A DNA stretch of 64,000 nucleotides from Ignavibacteriales bacterium (GCA_050260055.1 JBLNBO010000042.1:17761-81760); one strand, 5' to 3'. Positions 20,124 to 29,842 are shown, counted from the first letter of the stretch. Notes: generated from the sequence alone by a model not told the origin. Translations and numbers: made by a program.

Positions 20124-21308
20124 TTAATTCATAGATTCGAAAAATGTTACTTCATTACATTTATTGTAATTAAAAATATAAGAAAGCTTTTCAAATTTCT
20201 TTCTAATTTCAGTTATGAACTTCCATTTTGCTTTGTACATTGAGCATACTAACGAATTACATTTTAATATATCACCATATTTTTCATAATTATATGCCAT
20301 ACAAACTATACAAGCCGCATTATCACATTTACCACAGCTGATATTATCTACATGCATATCCCTTCGATAAACATTAAAAAAGGCATCTCCACTCTTATTA
20401 TCACTAATGCCATTAAATACATTTCCTAGCTTAAAATTATTATTTGAAAAATATATTCTGTGGCAAGGATATACATCTCCATTTGGAGCAATTGCACATA
20501 ACGTTTTCCCTGCTTCGCAAATAATTTTACTAATTTCCTGCTCTTTTATGGATATTATGTTTCTTGCTTCCTCATAAGGTTTCAATGAGTTTGCTAATAT
20601 GCATTCATTGTAAACATAATCCGAAATTAGCGATAATTGTTCAATATAAATTGGAATATCATTTTCATTCCAATCTTCTTCATTTGAAAGCTTAAATCCA
20701 GGTCTGCTTATGCCAAGCTGCTTAAAATATTTATAGCTCAAAAAATGGCTAGACATTGTATCCTTGGTAATTACTGAATGTGTTTGCAAAGAAGTACTCT
20801 GTATTTTGTTTTTCTCAAAAAGCTTTTTTAGTTTTAATATGTTTTCTAGGATAATTCCTGAAATTGGTTTGCCATCTATATTTACTCTGCTTTTATCCTG
20901 AACCTCCGGAATCCCATCAGTAGAAATTTGGATATTGACATTCTTTGTAGCTTTATACCAATCTAAAATGAACTCTTCGAACTCTTTATTATATATAGTA
21001 CCATTTGTAATAATTGAAAAAAATAAACTAATATTGTACTGTTTTGCTTTATCTACAGCATAATGAAATGATTTTATCATTACGTCAAGATTGAGAAGTG
21101 GCTCTCCTCCAAAGAAAGTCAATCTAATCCTTTCAATACCCTGCTTAAATGCATTATCCAATACAAAATCCATAGCTTTTTTTGCAGTATCCAAAGACAT
21201 ATAATTATTTTTGCATCTATTAGCATTTTCATAGCAGTACTTGCACTTCATATTGCAATCTTCAGTAAGAATTAAATAACATGAAGTAAATGCAGAGGGT
21301 TCAATCAC
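20124..21308 (-). CDS. Radical SAM/SPASM-domain maturase paralogue
   Basis: GTG start with AAGGAG RBS. TEDCNMKCKYCYE, FFGGEPLL, CEAGKTLCAIAPNGDVYPC and CGKCDNAACIVC. Confidence 0.85.
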   Translation of the reverse strand: MIEPSAFTSCYLILTEDCNMKCKYCYENANRCKNNYMSLDTAKKAMDFVLDNAFKQGIERIRLTFFGGEPLLNLDVMIKSFHYAVDKAKQYNISLFFSIITNGTIYNKEFEEFILDWYKATKNVNIQISTDGIPEVQDKSRVNIDGKPISGIILENILKLKKLFEKNKIQSTSLQTHSVITKDTMSSHFLSYKYFKQLGISRPGFKLSNEEDWNENDIPIYIEQLSLISDYVYNECILANSLKPYEEARNIISIKEQEISKIICEAGKTLCAIAPNGDVYPCHRIYFSNNNFKLGNVFNGISDNKSGDAFFNVYRRDMHVDNISCGKCDNAACIVCMAYNYEKYGDILKCNSLVCSMYKAKWKFITEIRKKFEKLSYIFNYNKCNEVTFFESMN

Positions 21309-21412
21309 AACAGTACTCCTTATTTTTTTGCATAATATAATTTTATTTACATCTCTTAAAAATATTATCTTAGATGAATTATATCAAAGTTATAGAACAA
21401 CTATTTTACATA

Positions 21413-21441
21413 ATTATATGCTAAAATATCTTATTCTTCAA
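21413..21441 (-). promoter_or_regulatory. Sigma-A-type promoter
   Basis: Minus strand TTGAAG (21436-21441), 17 nt spacer, TATAAT (21413-21418). Confidence 0.6.
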
Positions 21442-21488
21442 TAATCCTTTTTTTACTATGGAAGAACTTGAAAAGTTTAGAACATTCC

Positions 21489-22676
21489 TTAATTCTTAGT
21501 CTTATAGAATACTGTTTCACTACAGCTATTATAATCAAGTTTATAAGCAAGCTTATCAAACTTCTTTTTTGTTTGATTAATAAATTTCCATTTTGCCTTA
21601 TACATTAAACAAGCAAGCGGATTACATTTTAATATGTCATTATATTTTTCATAATTTAATACCATACATATCTTACACATAGTATTATCACATGTACCAC
21701 AACTAACATTACCTACATGCATATCATTTCGACAAGCTTTTAAAAAAAGCTCCCTATTACTGTTATCAATAACACCCTCAAATATATTTCCAATTATAAA
21801 ATTACTGCTTGAAAAATATGCTTTATCACAAGGATAAATATCACCTTTTGGATTAATTGCACATACTGTTTTTCCTGCTTCACAAGTATTCTCATGAGCT
21901 TTATCAGTTTTCATAGCAATTAAACCTTTTGCATTTTCATAAGGTTTTAATGAACATGATGATACGCATTCCTTATATACATAATCAGCAATTTGTGATA
22001 GTTGGTCTATGTAAATAGAAATATCATTTTCATCCCAATCTTCTTCATGTAACAACTCAAAGGAAATATCATTTATTATGCCAAGATGCTTAAAATATTT
22101 GTAACTAGAAAAAACCTTCGGTATAGCCGCCTTCGTAACAACTGCATGTGTATGTAAAGAAGAAATATCTATTTTATTTTTTTTAAAAAGCGTTTTTATT
22201 TTTAATATATTTTCTAGAACAATTCTCGAAGTTGGTTTACTATTTATAGTTATCCTATTTTCATCCTGAACTTCAGGAATTCCATCAGTTGAAACTTGTA
22301 TACTAACTTGTTTTGTAGCTTTATACCATTCCAATATAAATTCCTCAAACTGCTTATTATATATTGTACCATTTGTAACAAGCGAGAAATTTGATTTAAT
22401 GTTGTTTATCTTAGATTTATCTACAACGTAACGAAAAAAGCTTATCATTACATCAAGATTAAGAAGTGGCTCTCCCCCAAAAAAAGTCCATTTAAGACTT
22501 TTAACACCATGTTTTAAAGCATTATCAAATAAAAAATCTGCCGACATTTTTGCAGTATCAAAAGACATGTATCTCTTAGTACACCTATTGGCATTCTCAT
22601 AACAGTATTTACATCTCAAATTACAATCTTCGGTGAGAATCAAATAACATTTGGAAAATACCGTTGTCGCAGTCAT
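21489..22676 (-). CDS. Radical SAM/SPASM-domain maturase paralogue
   Basis: TEDCNLRCKYCYE, FFGGEPLL, CEAGKTVCAINPKGDIYPC and CGTCDNTMCKIC. Confidence 0.85.
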   Translation of the reverse strand: MTATTVFSKCYLILTEDCNLRCKYCYENANRCTKRYMSFDTAKMSADFLFDNALKHGVKSLKWTFFGGEPLLNLDVMISFFRYVVDKSKINNIKSNFSLVTNGTIYNKQFEEFILEWYKATKQVSIQVSTDGIPEVQDENRITINSKPTSRIVLENILKIKTLFKKNKIDISSLHTHAVVTKAAIPKVFSSYKYFKHLGIINDISFELLHEEDWDENDISIYIDQLSQIADYVYKECVSSCSLKPYENAKGLIAMKTDKAHENTCEAGKTVCAINPKGDIYPCDKAYFSSSNFIIGNIFEGVIDNSNRELFLKACRNDMHVGNVSCGTCDNTMCKICMVLNYEKYNDILKCNPLACLMYKAKWKFINQTKKKFDKLAYKLDYNSCSETVFYKTKN

Positions 22677-22757
22677 ATCAAGGGCTCCTTATTTTTATTT
22701 CTTTTCAATGCAGAATACAGGCTTCTTATGAAATGCTAAGTCTTAATTGTTTACCTT

Positions 22758-22786
22758 ATTATATGGCATGATACCCTATTCTTCAA
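22758..22786 (-). promoter_or_regulatory. Sigma-A-type promoter
   Basis: Minus strand TTGAAG (22781-22786), 17 nt spacer, TATAAT (22758-22763). Confidence 0.6.
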
Positions 22787-22989
22787 GCAGTACGTTTTTA
22801 CATATTAAGCTCTTTCTGGTTCTTTATATCTAAAGCCGCTATATTTCTTGACTTAACTGGTAATTATGGTATAAAATGTAACTATATTATACTCTTTTTT
22901 ATATTTTATCGTTTGCCCTGAATAAAATTAGGAAGGGAGTGAAAAAGCTTTTACCTGGTGATAAATAATTTTATGAAGGGGTTGGTAGT

Positions 22990-23661
22990 ATGAAAAAAGG
23001 TATCCTTATCTTCTTATTGGTGGGTATGCTTGCCGCTATGTTTACGTATCCTGCGAATGCAGTTTCAAAAGCTCATAAAGATTTTACTCAAACAAGCATA
23101 AGCTCACCACGTAAATTTTTTTCATCTGATATCAACTACATGCAGTTAGCATTGCTTCTTAAACTTGAAGAAAACATGAAGAATGAAAAAAATATTTCCA
23201 AGGATATGAGGCAATCACTTAGGAAGCTTAAACTTGCTCATAATTTATTGGACCCCAAGTTGGAAGCATTGGCTTTTTTTGCAAACAGGTCAGTTTTGAA
23301 AGATCAGCAGACCCAAAAGCTCCTAAATAATATCTCTTCATCTAATGAAATCATTAAATGTACTAAACCATCAGATGAACTATCAAGGACATTGATATCA
23401 AATGCAAAGAGCATACGATTCATAAGTACCCTGCAATTAGTCGATTATATTCACTGGAAGCTTGAAAACAAAGGATTTTGCAAAAGCGAAGTAGACTTAC
23501 TGGTTTTGTCCAGCTACAATGATATTCTGATTACCGAACCGGTCTTTGGAATTGAACTTAAACATTTTTTTGAAGTTGCTAAAGATGAAAAAAGTATCAG
23601 CCAGAGTACAAAACAGCTGATTGATTTGATAGATAGAAACCAATACTGTACTAAACTATAA
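22990..23661 (+). CDS. Secreted hypothetical protein
   Basis: 223-aa ORF with signal peptide (MKKGILIFLLVGMLAAMFTYPANA) and RBS GAAGGGG. No recognised motif. Confidence 0.45.
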   Translation: MKKGILIFLLVGMLAAMFTYPANAVSKAHKDFTQTSISSPRKFFSSDINYMQLALLLKLEENMKNEKNISKDMRQSLRKLKLAHNLLDPKLEALAFFANRSVLKDQQTQKLLNNISSSNEIIKCTKPSDELSRTLISNAKSIRFISTLQLVDYIHWKLENKGFCKSEVDLLVLSSYNDILITEPVFGIELKHFFEVAKDEKSISQSTKQLIDLIDRNQYCTKL

Positions 23662-23662
23662 T

Positions 23663-23698
23663 AAAGAAATCCGGTGCTTGCACCGGATTTCTTTATTA
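23663..23698. terminator. Bidirectional intrinsic terminator
   Basis: AAAGAAATCCGGTG (23663-23676) pairs with CACCGGATTTCTTT (23681-23694). Confidence 0.8.
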
Positions 23699-23709
23699 TA
23701 TAAATTTGG

Positions 23710-24435
23710 TTATTTCAAAAACGGAATCAAATTATAATTATTTACAAGCTGGAATAACATAAGCATAATCAATACTCCCAAGAAAGCTCCGACTATAACC
23801 TCATAAATATTATGAATCTTGGCTTCCAATCTGCTCTGAACAACTAATAAACTAAGTACAAGTGCAAGTGTGAATATTTTTATATCATTTGTTAATACCC
23901 ATATGCTGGTGAGGATTGCAAAGGCCAAAGCTGAGTGTCCGCTCGGCATTCCTCCTTCAAGCGGGGTACCTGTTCTAAAATATGCTTTTACGAAAATTAT
24001 GCAAATCATGGTTATGAGCAGTGCAATAAATATAATATGCATAGGAGTATTATTTAATTTATTCATAATACTTAGAGCCGTTGGTTCAACCTTACTAAAG
24101 AATAAAAGGTAACCTACTATTACTGCATTTCCCGCTGTAATCAGGACAGCCCCAGCAGCTACATCCTTAGCCACCTTGGCAAATGGATGGAACTCATCTA
24201 CAATAATATCTACAACAGCTTCGATTGCAGTATTGACCATTTCAGCAAAAATGACTAATGAGATAGTCAAAAACAGAGTAATCATCTCTACTTTTTCAAG
24301 ATTATAAAAAAGGCTTAAGAATAGCACTAAAATTGCCGCCGAGCAATGAATCTGCATGTTCTTTTGAGTTCTTACTGCATAAATTACTCCGTTTATTGCA
24401 TTATTAAATCTGTCAATAATATTCCTGTTTTTCAA
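23710..24435 (-). CDS. Diacylglycerol/undecaprenol kinase (DgkA-type) fused to a PAP2 phosphatase-like C-terminus
   Basis: The N-terminal half has DgkA-like FAEMVNTAIEAVVD. The C-terminal half has the PSGHSALAF motif of PAP2 phosphatases. It is a multi-pass membrane protein and sits after ybeY as in the conserved operon. Confidence 0.65.
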   Translation of the reverse strand: MKNRNIIDRFNNAINGVIYAVRTQKNMQIHCSAAILVLFLSLFYNLEKVEMITLFLTISLVIFAEMVNTAIEAVVDIIVDEFHPFAKVAKDVAAGAVLITAGNAVIVGYLLFFSKVEPTALSIMNKLNNTPMHIIFIALLITMICIIFVKAYFRTGTPLEGGMPSGHSALAFAILTSIWVLTNDIKIFTLALVLSLLVVQSRLEAKIHNIYEVIVGAFLGVLIMLMLFQLVNNYNLIPFLK

Positions 24436-24449
24436 GGTCCGCTGCCTCC

Positions 24450-24929
24450 TTATTCTCTTTTGAGATTTAGTAGTTCCATAATCTGCTCTTCTTTTTGCCT
24501 CATTAATTCTTTTTCTTTTTGGGAAATATGGTCATATCCTAATAAATGAAGAAATCCATGGGAAGCAAGATATGCTGTTTCTCTCTCAAAAGAATGCCCA
24601 TACTCTTTTGCTTGTTCCTGCGCTTTTTCTAAAGATATCACAATATCACCCAAAGCAATCATATCTAAAATTTCGTTACTTTTAAGAATACCCTTTAATT
24701 CAGTCTCTTCATACATAGGGAATGATAATACATCGGTTGGCTTGTCCATGCTCCTAAACTGCCTATTCAGCTTGCGAATTCCAATATTTCCAGTCAAAAC
24801 TATACAAACTTCAAAAGGAATCTTGAGGTTCTCAATTTCAGCAGCCTTGATGACTACATTTTTAATCATATTCCTTAATTCTTTATCAACTGCCGCTTTT
24901 TTCTGTTTATTTATTATGAATATTTTCAT
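24450..24929 (-). CDS. ybeY: rRNA maturation endoribonuclease YbeY
   Basis: HGFLHLLGYDH zinc motif. The ATG giving MKIFIINKQ.. (24929) is preferred over the track start at 24962. Confidence 0.9.
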   Translation of the reverse strand: MKIFIINKQKKAAVDKELRNMIKNVVIKAAEIENLKIPFEVCIVLTGNIGIRKLNRQFRSMDKPTDVLSFPMYEETELKGILKSNEILDMIALGDIVISLEKAQEQAKEYGHSFERETAYLASHGFLHLLGYDHISQKEKELMRQKEEQIMELLNLKRE

Positions 24930-27102
24930 TTTCAAGCTCCTTTTCTTTAGTCTCGCCTTCACTTGAAATTAATATATCGAGAGGATCAATAATCTCTATG
25001 GTGTCTTCATCATCAAGCTCAACTGCATTAGCCTCAGGATATTCTATTCTCCCATGGAAATAACCATTTAAAACCTTCATAAATGATTTTGCAATAAGAT
25101 CCAAGTCTTTTAGGGTTAAATCACAAAGATCAAGCTGTCCGTCATCCAATTTATCCTTGATAATCTTTCTTATTAGCCCCTCGATTTTACCTTCAGTTTT
25201 ATCCGGCATTGAACGTACCGCTGCTTCAATTGAATCCGCGAGCATAACGACAGCCGCTTCTTTTGTTGTGGGTCTTGGCCCTTCATATCTAAAGCTTTCT
25301 TTTCTAGTCTGATTTTCAAGTCTTTCGGTCTTTTTGGCCTTATGAAAGAAAAAAGCGACAAGAGTTGTTCCATGATGCTGAAGAATTATATCCTTTATTG
25401 CCATAGGTATTCCGTATTCTCCAGCAAGCTCAGCACCATCTCTAGTATGCGAGGTGATAACTAAAGTGCTTAAGCTTGGAGTCATTCTTTCATGAGGATT
25501 ATCCGTAAATTGATTCTCCTTAAAGAAATAAGGTCTCCTAAGCTTGCCAATATCATGATAATAAGCTCCGACTCTAGCCAGCAGTGCATTTCCGCCAATT
25601 GCTTCGGTCGCAACTTCTGATAGATTACCCACAAGCAGGCTATGGTGATAGGTTCCTGGAGCTTCAAGCAAAAGCCTTTTTATAAGCGGCTGGTTTGGAT
25701 CAGACAATTCCAGAAGTTTCATTGGCGTAATTATATTAAACGAACTTTCCCAAAAAGGTAAGGTTCCAGTTGCCAGAATTATTGAAAAGATTCCATTTAT
25801 AGCACTCATTCCACTATCAATAAGAAGTCTTTGTATTGATTCCCTATGTGCAATTCCGAAAAATGCAGTAATTAATGCAAAGGCTGCTGCAACTACTCCG
25901 CCGGCAAGAACAAAATCCTTTCTTTGTTTCGCTCTTGCAACAGCAAACGCTGCAAATGTTCCTCCAATGAGCGATAAATATAAAAAGTTTATATCCCCTT
26001 TTAAAAGCATCGATATGACTAAAGATACCAAAATATTCATAAATACAGCCAAATTGGTATTAAGCATAATTGAAACCAGGATAGGAGCAAAGGAGAATGG
26101 AATAAGGTAAATTGAAAACTGTGAAAATCCCCATGCCAAAAATAAGGTTATTACATATATAATACTTAACAAAATTAATTCGGCTCTGCTTTCAAGAATT
26201 ATTCTATAGTAGTTGTATATGAAAAGAATGAATAAACCCATAATAATTATTAATACAGCTAAGACTCCCAGGAAAAAGACAACATCAATCTTCTTTCCGT
26301 TCTTTATCAAATTAAGTTTCTTGAGCATTTCAATCTGTTCGCGGGTAACAATATCATTTTTAGCAACAATTATTTGTCCTTTATCATATTTAACTATATT
26401 GCTTGCTCTTGCTCTTGCTTCCTGCTTCGCTCTTTCAGTTTGAACCTTGTCTTCGATAATATTTGGTTTGACAAGACCAGTAAGTAGAATTTGTGCAATA
26501 TCCTTATATTCCGTCCAGTTTAATCTATTGGAAACAAATTTATAGGATGATAATTCGGCTTTGATATCTATATGGCTTCTTTCCAATGATTCTTCTGTAA
26601 TGCCCTGATTCATTATTTTTGTTGTAATTTTACCAAGGGCATCTACAAATTCCTTAAGCTCATCATCCTTTAAGGATATTATTTTATTAATTTGATTATC
26701 CAAAATATTTATTTGCCTTGATTTTAATTCTTTTGAATACTTTTGCAGAAAAATCTTTTTATCATCTTCATCAGAGTCCCTTTTTTGTAAAAGCGAAATT
26801 ACACTAACAGCATCTTTGGTTAAAACATCCTCGCGGCTATATTTGGGGGTAATGGCTGCAGCAGCGGCATCTCTGTTTTTTTGGGTAGAAATGTCGTCAA
26901 TAACCTCACTTGAAGCATAAATTACAAATTCAGACTTGTCTCCTTCTTTAAGTTCATACTTCCTAGGCTCAGCAGCATTGACAACAATAAAGCAAGATAT
27001 TAACATTACTAAAAGCCCTGTCAATATCTTGTGAAAGGTTTTGTTATAAAAAATACCATTTTTAGGTTTTGATACCTTACTTTCTTCCATTTCGGTCATC
27101 AT
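24907..27102 (-). CDS. 7TM-HD membrane phosphohydrolase (PgpH/YqfF-like, putative cyclic-di-AMP phosphodiesterase)
   Basis: Extracellular N-domain, seven-TM block and HD domain (HHSLLVGNL...AYYHDIGK). The start is placed at the ATG pair after GAGGGA, and the track start at 27150 is a GTG. Confidence 0.8.
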   Translation of the reverse strand: MMTEMEESKVSKPKNGIFYNKTFHKILTGLLVMLISCFIVVNAAEPRKYELKEGDKSEFVIYASSEVIDDISTQKNRDAAAAAITPKYSREDVLTKDAVSVISLLQKRDSDEDDKKIFLQKYSKELKSRQINILDNQINKIISLKDDELKEFVDALGKITTKIMNQGITEESLERSHIDIKAELSSYKFVSNRLNWTEYKDIAQILLTGLVKPNIIEDKVQTERAKQEARARASNIVKYDKGQIIVAKNDIVTREQIEMLKKLNLIKNGKKIDVVFFLGVLAVLIIIMGLFILFIYNYYRIILESRAELILLSIIYVITLFLAWGFSQFSIYLIPFSFAPILVSIMLNTNLAVFMNILVSLVISMLLKGDINFLYLSLIGGTFAAFAVARAKQRKDFVLAGGVVAAAFALITAFFGIAHRESIQRLLIDSGMSAINGIFSIILATGTLPFWESSFNIITPMKLLELSDPNQPLIKRLLLEAPGTYHHSLLVGNLSEVATEAIGGNALLARVGAYYHDIGKLRRPYFFKENQFTDNPHERMTPSLSTLVITSHTRDGAELAGEYGIPMAIKDIILQHHGTTLVAFFFHKAKKTERLENQTRKESFRYEGPRPTTKEAAVVMLADSIEAAVRSMPDKTEGKIEGLIRKIIKDKLDDGQLDLCDLTLKDLDLIAKSFMKVLNGYFHGRIEYPEANAVELDDEDTIEIIDPLDILISSEGETKEKELENENIHNK

Positions 27103-27190
27103 TTGTCCCTCACTATTATATAGTTGACAGTGTAAAGTCGACAGATACACTTGCTTTTGGTTTTACACTTTATGTTGTTAAAGCTTAACA

Positions 27191-28375
27191 CTATTTACTG
27201 ATTCTTTCTTCAATCCCTATAACTTCAACTGTCTCAACTAAGACCCTCGTTCTCATATAATTTGGATACCTAAATGAATATTCTTTTTTATTAATTATAT
27301 TAGTCTTGGCTTCTAATTGCGAGTTGATTTTCTCCCATGCCCTTTTAATTCCAATTTGCCTAGCTTTTTCAGGTGTTATTGATTCTTTAACATAGACTGT
27401 TTCTTCGCATTTGGTTATTACAATACCTATAGGGAATATATAATTCTTGCCAATAGATAATAATTTTTCTTCAGTAGTACATGCAGCACTCTTAAAGGGA
27501 TACTTTTTACCGTTTAAAGCGAATTCGCTGCTAATAAATCTTAGCTTATATAAGTTTCTTACCCTTCCGGTCTTAACTTCTTTTATATTAGTAAGCGGAA
27601 CATTTTCAATTACTTCATACCAGATTCTTGCTTTAATATCGGCTTGTGCATGAACAAATCTTGAAATTTTATCAATACCTGTTACTATTCCCGAAACAAG
27701 CATATCTCCCTTCTTCACCGTACTACCCGGCTCCACAAGCGGCGTTCCTGCTTTTACGAATATTGACTTAATTATTCCATCCTTATCAGCTGATATATTG
27801 CACGGTATATCCTTTTCTACAAATTTCGGCGGCATTTTCCTTTCTGCAACTTCTACTATTGCTCTCGTACCTGATAAATCAATACTTATCCATGCAAGCT
27901 GATTTACCTGAATCATCATTTTATTGCAGATTTCTTCTTTATTTACGTAATACCTGCATATTCCGGTTCTCAGCCCAATTACCTTTAATTTTTCTAGTAA
28001 TTTTTCTTTAGGAATAGTCTTATTTCCAACTATATCAATACTCCAAACAAATGATGAAAGGGTGTATATCATTAAGAGAAATATCGCACAACCAGCAACA
28101 AATGTTTTTCTCTTTCTATATTTATAAAAAACAAAAGGCAAACCCTTCTTTGATATTATCTTTACCCTACAGCTTGTTTTCCTAGCTACAAGATGGATTT
28201 TTTTAAAGGCGCCAATACCAACTTTCATTCTCATTATACAGCTTTTTTCTCTTGTAACATCCCATAGAAATATGCCCCTGCTTATGCAGATATTAATAAA
28301 TTTCTCAGGGAAATAACCTTCAACCAATATAATAACATATCCCCTAATATAATTCCACAGCTTGAGAATGAACAT
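27191..28375 (-). CDS. yqfD: Sporulation protein YqfD
   Basis: Characteristic N-terminus MFILKLWNYIRGYVIILVEGYFPEKFIN. Length 394 aa. It follows yqfC. Confidence 0.85.
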   Translation of the reverse strand: MFILKLWNYIRGYVIILVEGYFPEKFINICISRGIFLWDVTREKSCIMRMKVGIGAFKKIHLVARKTSCRVKIISKKGLPFVFYKYRKRKTFVAGCAIFLLMIYTLSSFVWSIDIVGNKTIPKEKLLEKLKVIGLRTGICRYYVNKEEICNKMMIQVNQLAWISIDLSGTRAIVEVAERKMPPKFVEKDIPCNISADKDGIIKSIFVKAGTPLVEPGSTVKKGDMLVSGIVTGIDKISRFVHAQADIKARIWYEVIENVPLTNIKEVKTGRVRNLYKLRFISSEFALNGKKYPFKSAACTTEEKLLSIGKNYIFPIGIVITKCEETVYVKESITPEKARQIGIKRAWEKINSQLEAKTNIINKKEYSFRYPNYMRTRVLVETVEVIGIEERISK

Positions 28376-28544
28376 TGCTTTTTACTCCCCTTTACATCAA
28401 CAAACTCCCTACCTAACATTCCCTCACGATTGAGGGAATGAAACAGAATAACTCTTAAGTCTCACCAATACTCTCCTCCGGTTGCGAGTGAGAGCTAGAA
28501 AGGGAGTTAAAATTGAGCAATTTATTAATATTTTACTAACATGC

Positions 28545-28844
28545 TTAGTTCTGAAGGAATTGGATAGTATATATTTCACCGGTAATCATAATATCTTCAG
28601 AAGTAATTTCTTTTATATCCATGCCATTCCCCTCAAACTGAATAATTCCCTCTTTTGTATTCACTTTTATACGATAATCTTCATACTCTACAATTCCTTT
28701 ATGATTTTCAAGAAACAACTGCTTTTGCCCAATAACAGTGAGCTTCCCTGTATCCATAATAAGTTCCTTAGGAATCTCCAGCACTTCGCCCATTTTCTCT
28801 TTAATTGATACTTTATTCTTTTTTCTCCGGCGTTTTCCAAACAT
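28545..28844 (-). CDS. yqfC: Sporulation protein YqfC (YabP family)
   Basis: 99 aa with a YabP/YqfC-like pattern (LTVIGQKQLFLENHKGIVEYEDYRIKVNT..I.F.G..M.I). It is upstream of yqfD. Confidence 0.75.
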   Translation of the reverse strand: MFGKRRRKKNKVSIKEKMGEVLEIPKELIMDTGKLTVIGQKQLFLENHKGIVEYEDYRIKVNTKEGIIQFEGNGMDIKEITSEDIMITGEIYTIQFLQN

Positions 28845-28912
28845 AAAAAAACCTCCTTCACATAAATTTATGCGTGAAGAAGGTTCTTAATACCATTCAT
28901 GATTTCATGTTT

Positions 28913-29842
28913 CTATTTATTGAACTGGTCTAACGTCCCAAAGTTATAACCTTGCGCCTTTAACTCCTTTATTATTCTATCCAATGCTTGCGCGTTGTCG
29001 CTTGATACTGCATGCAGTAATAAAACTGCACCGTTGTGTATATTGTTAATTACCTTGTTATAAGCATTATCGGCTCCCTTTTGTTTCTTAATATCCCAAT
29101 CATCATATGCAAAACTCCAAAATACATTTGTATAACCAAGGTCTTTGGAGATTTTCAATGTCCTTTCACTAAACTCTCCTTTGGGTGCACGCATGAACTT
29201 CATACTAACCCCTGCTTTTTCTTTCAAGTATAAATCTAAGTCTACAAGCTCTTTTTCTATCTTTTCATCTGATACATCAGGAAGGCTAGGATGATGGACC
29301 GTATGGTTTCCAACTATATGCCCTTCGTTTAACATTCTTTCAACCAAATCACTATTATTCTTTAAAAATGGCATTGTAATAAAGAAAGCTGCTTTAACCT
29401 GATTATCCTTCAATGCATCAAGAATCATTGGCGTATAACCATTTTCATATCCCTCATCAAATGTCAGATATATAGTCTTCTTTGTTGTGTCTCCAATATA
29501 GATTGCTCCATACTTATCTGCGAGTTCAACATATTGCTTTGTAAACGCAGGCGGAAGATTATCCTTTTTTCGGACGAAACTCCATGATAGTCTCTTGTTC
29601 CAGCCTGGTTGTGAGGATGCAGAACTCTTCAATGTATCATCATTATTTTTTGTTTCAGGCTTCTCATTAGAGTAAGTCCCTGATGTTACACTTTTCATAT
29701 TATCATCAGAAGGGTTATCTGTCCTAGGAACATTATTATCTATAATATTTTGCTGTTGAATTATGCTTTGTTCCTTCTGGCAGCCACAAAACAATATTCC
29801 AATAGTACATATAACTATAAATACCTTATACAACCTCATCAT
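28913..29842 (-). CDS. Polysaccharide deacetylase, PdaA-like (delta-lactam-biosynthetic de-N-acetylase family)
   Basis: Lipobox LFCGC. YLTFDEGYENGYTPMILDAL...AAFFITMPF...EGHIVGNHTVHHPSLP. The start is placed at the ATG after GAGGGTTGG. Confidence 0.7.
   Translation of the reverse strand: MMRLYKVFIVICTIGILFCGCQKEQSIIQQQNIIDNNVPRTDNPSDDNMKSVTSGTYSNEKPETKNNDDTLKSSASSQPGWNKRLSWSFVRKKDNLPPAFTKQYVELADKYGAIYIGDTTKKTIYLTFDEGYENGYTPMILDALKDNQVKAAFFITMPFLKNNSDLVERMLNEGHIVGNHTVHHPSLPDVSDEKIEKELVDLDLYLKEKAGVSMKFMRAPKGEFSERTLKISKDLGYTNVFWSFAYDDWDIKKQKGADNAYNKVINNIHNGAVLLLHAVSSDNAQALDRIIKELKAQGYNFGTLDQFNK

Noticed and set aside
14546-22676. Interpretation of the four rSAM/SPASM genes as anaerobic sulfatase-maturating enzymes
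   Set aside because: The architecture is anSME-like, but no sulfatase gene (C/S-x-P/A-x-R substrate) is present in the neighbourhood, and a four-fold tandem array is not expected for that role. This is kept as an alternative that an HMM search could revive.
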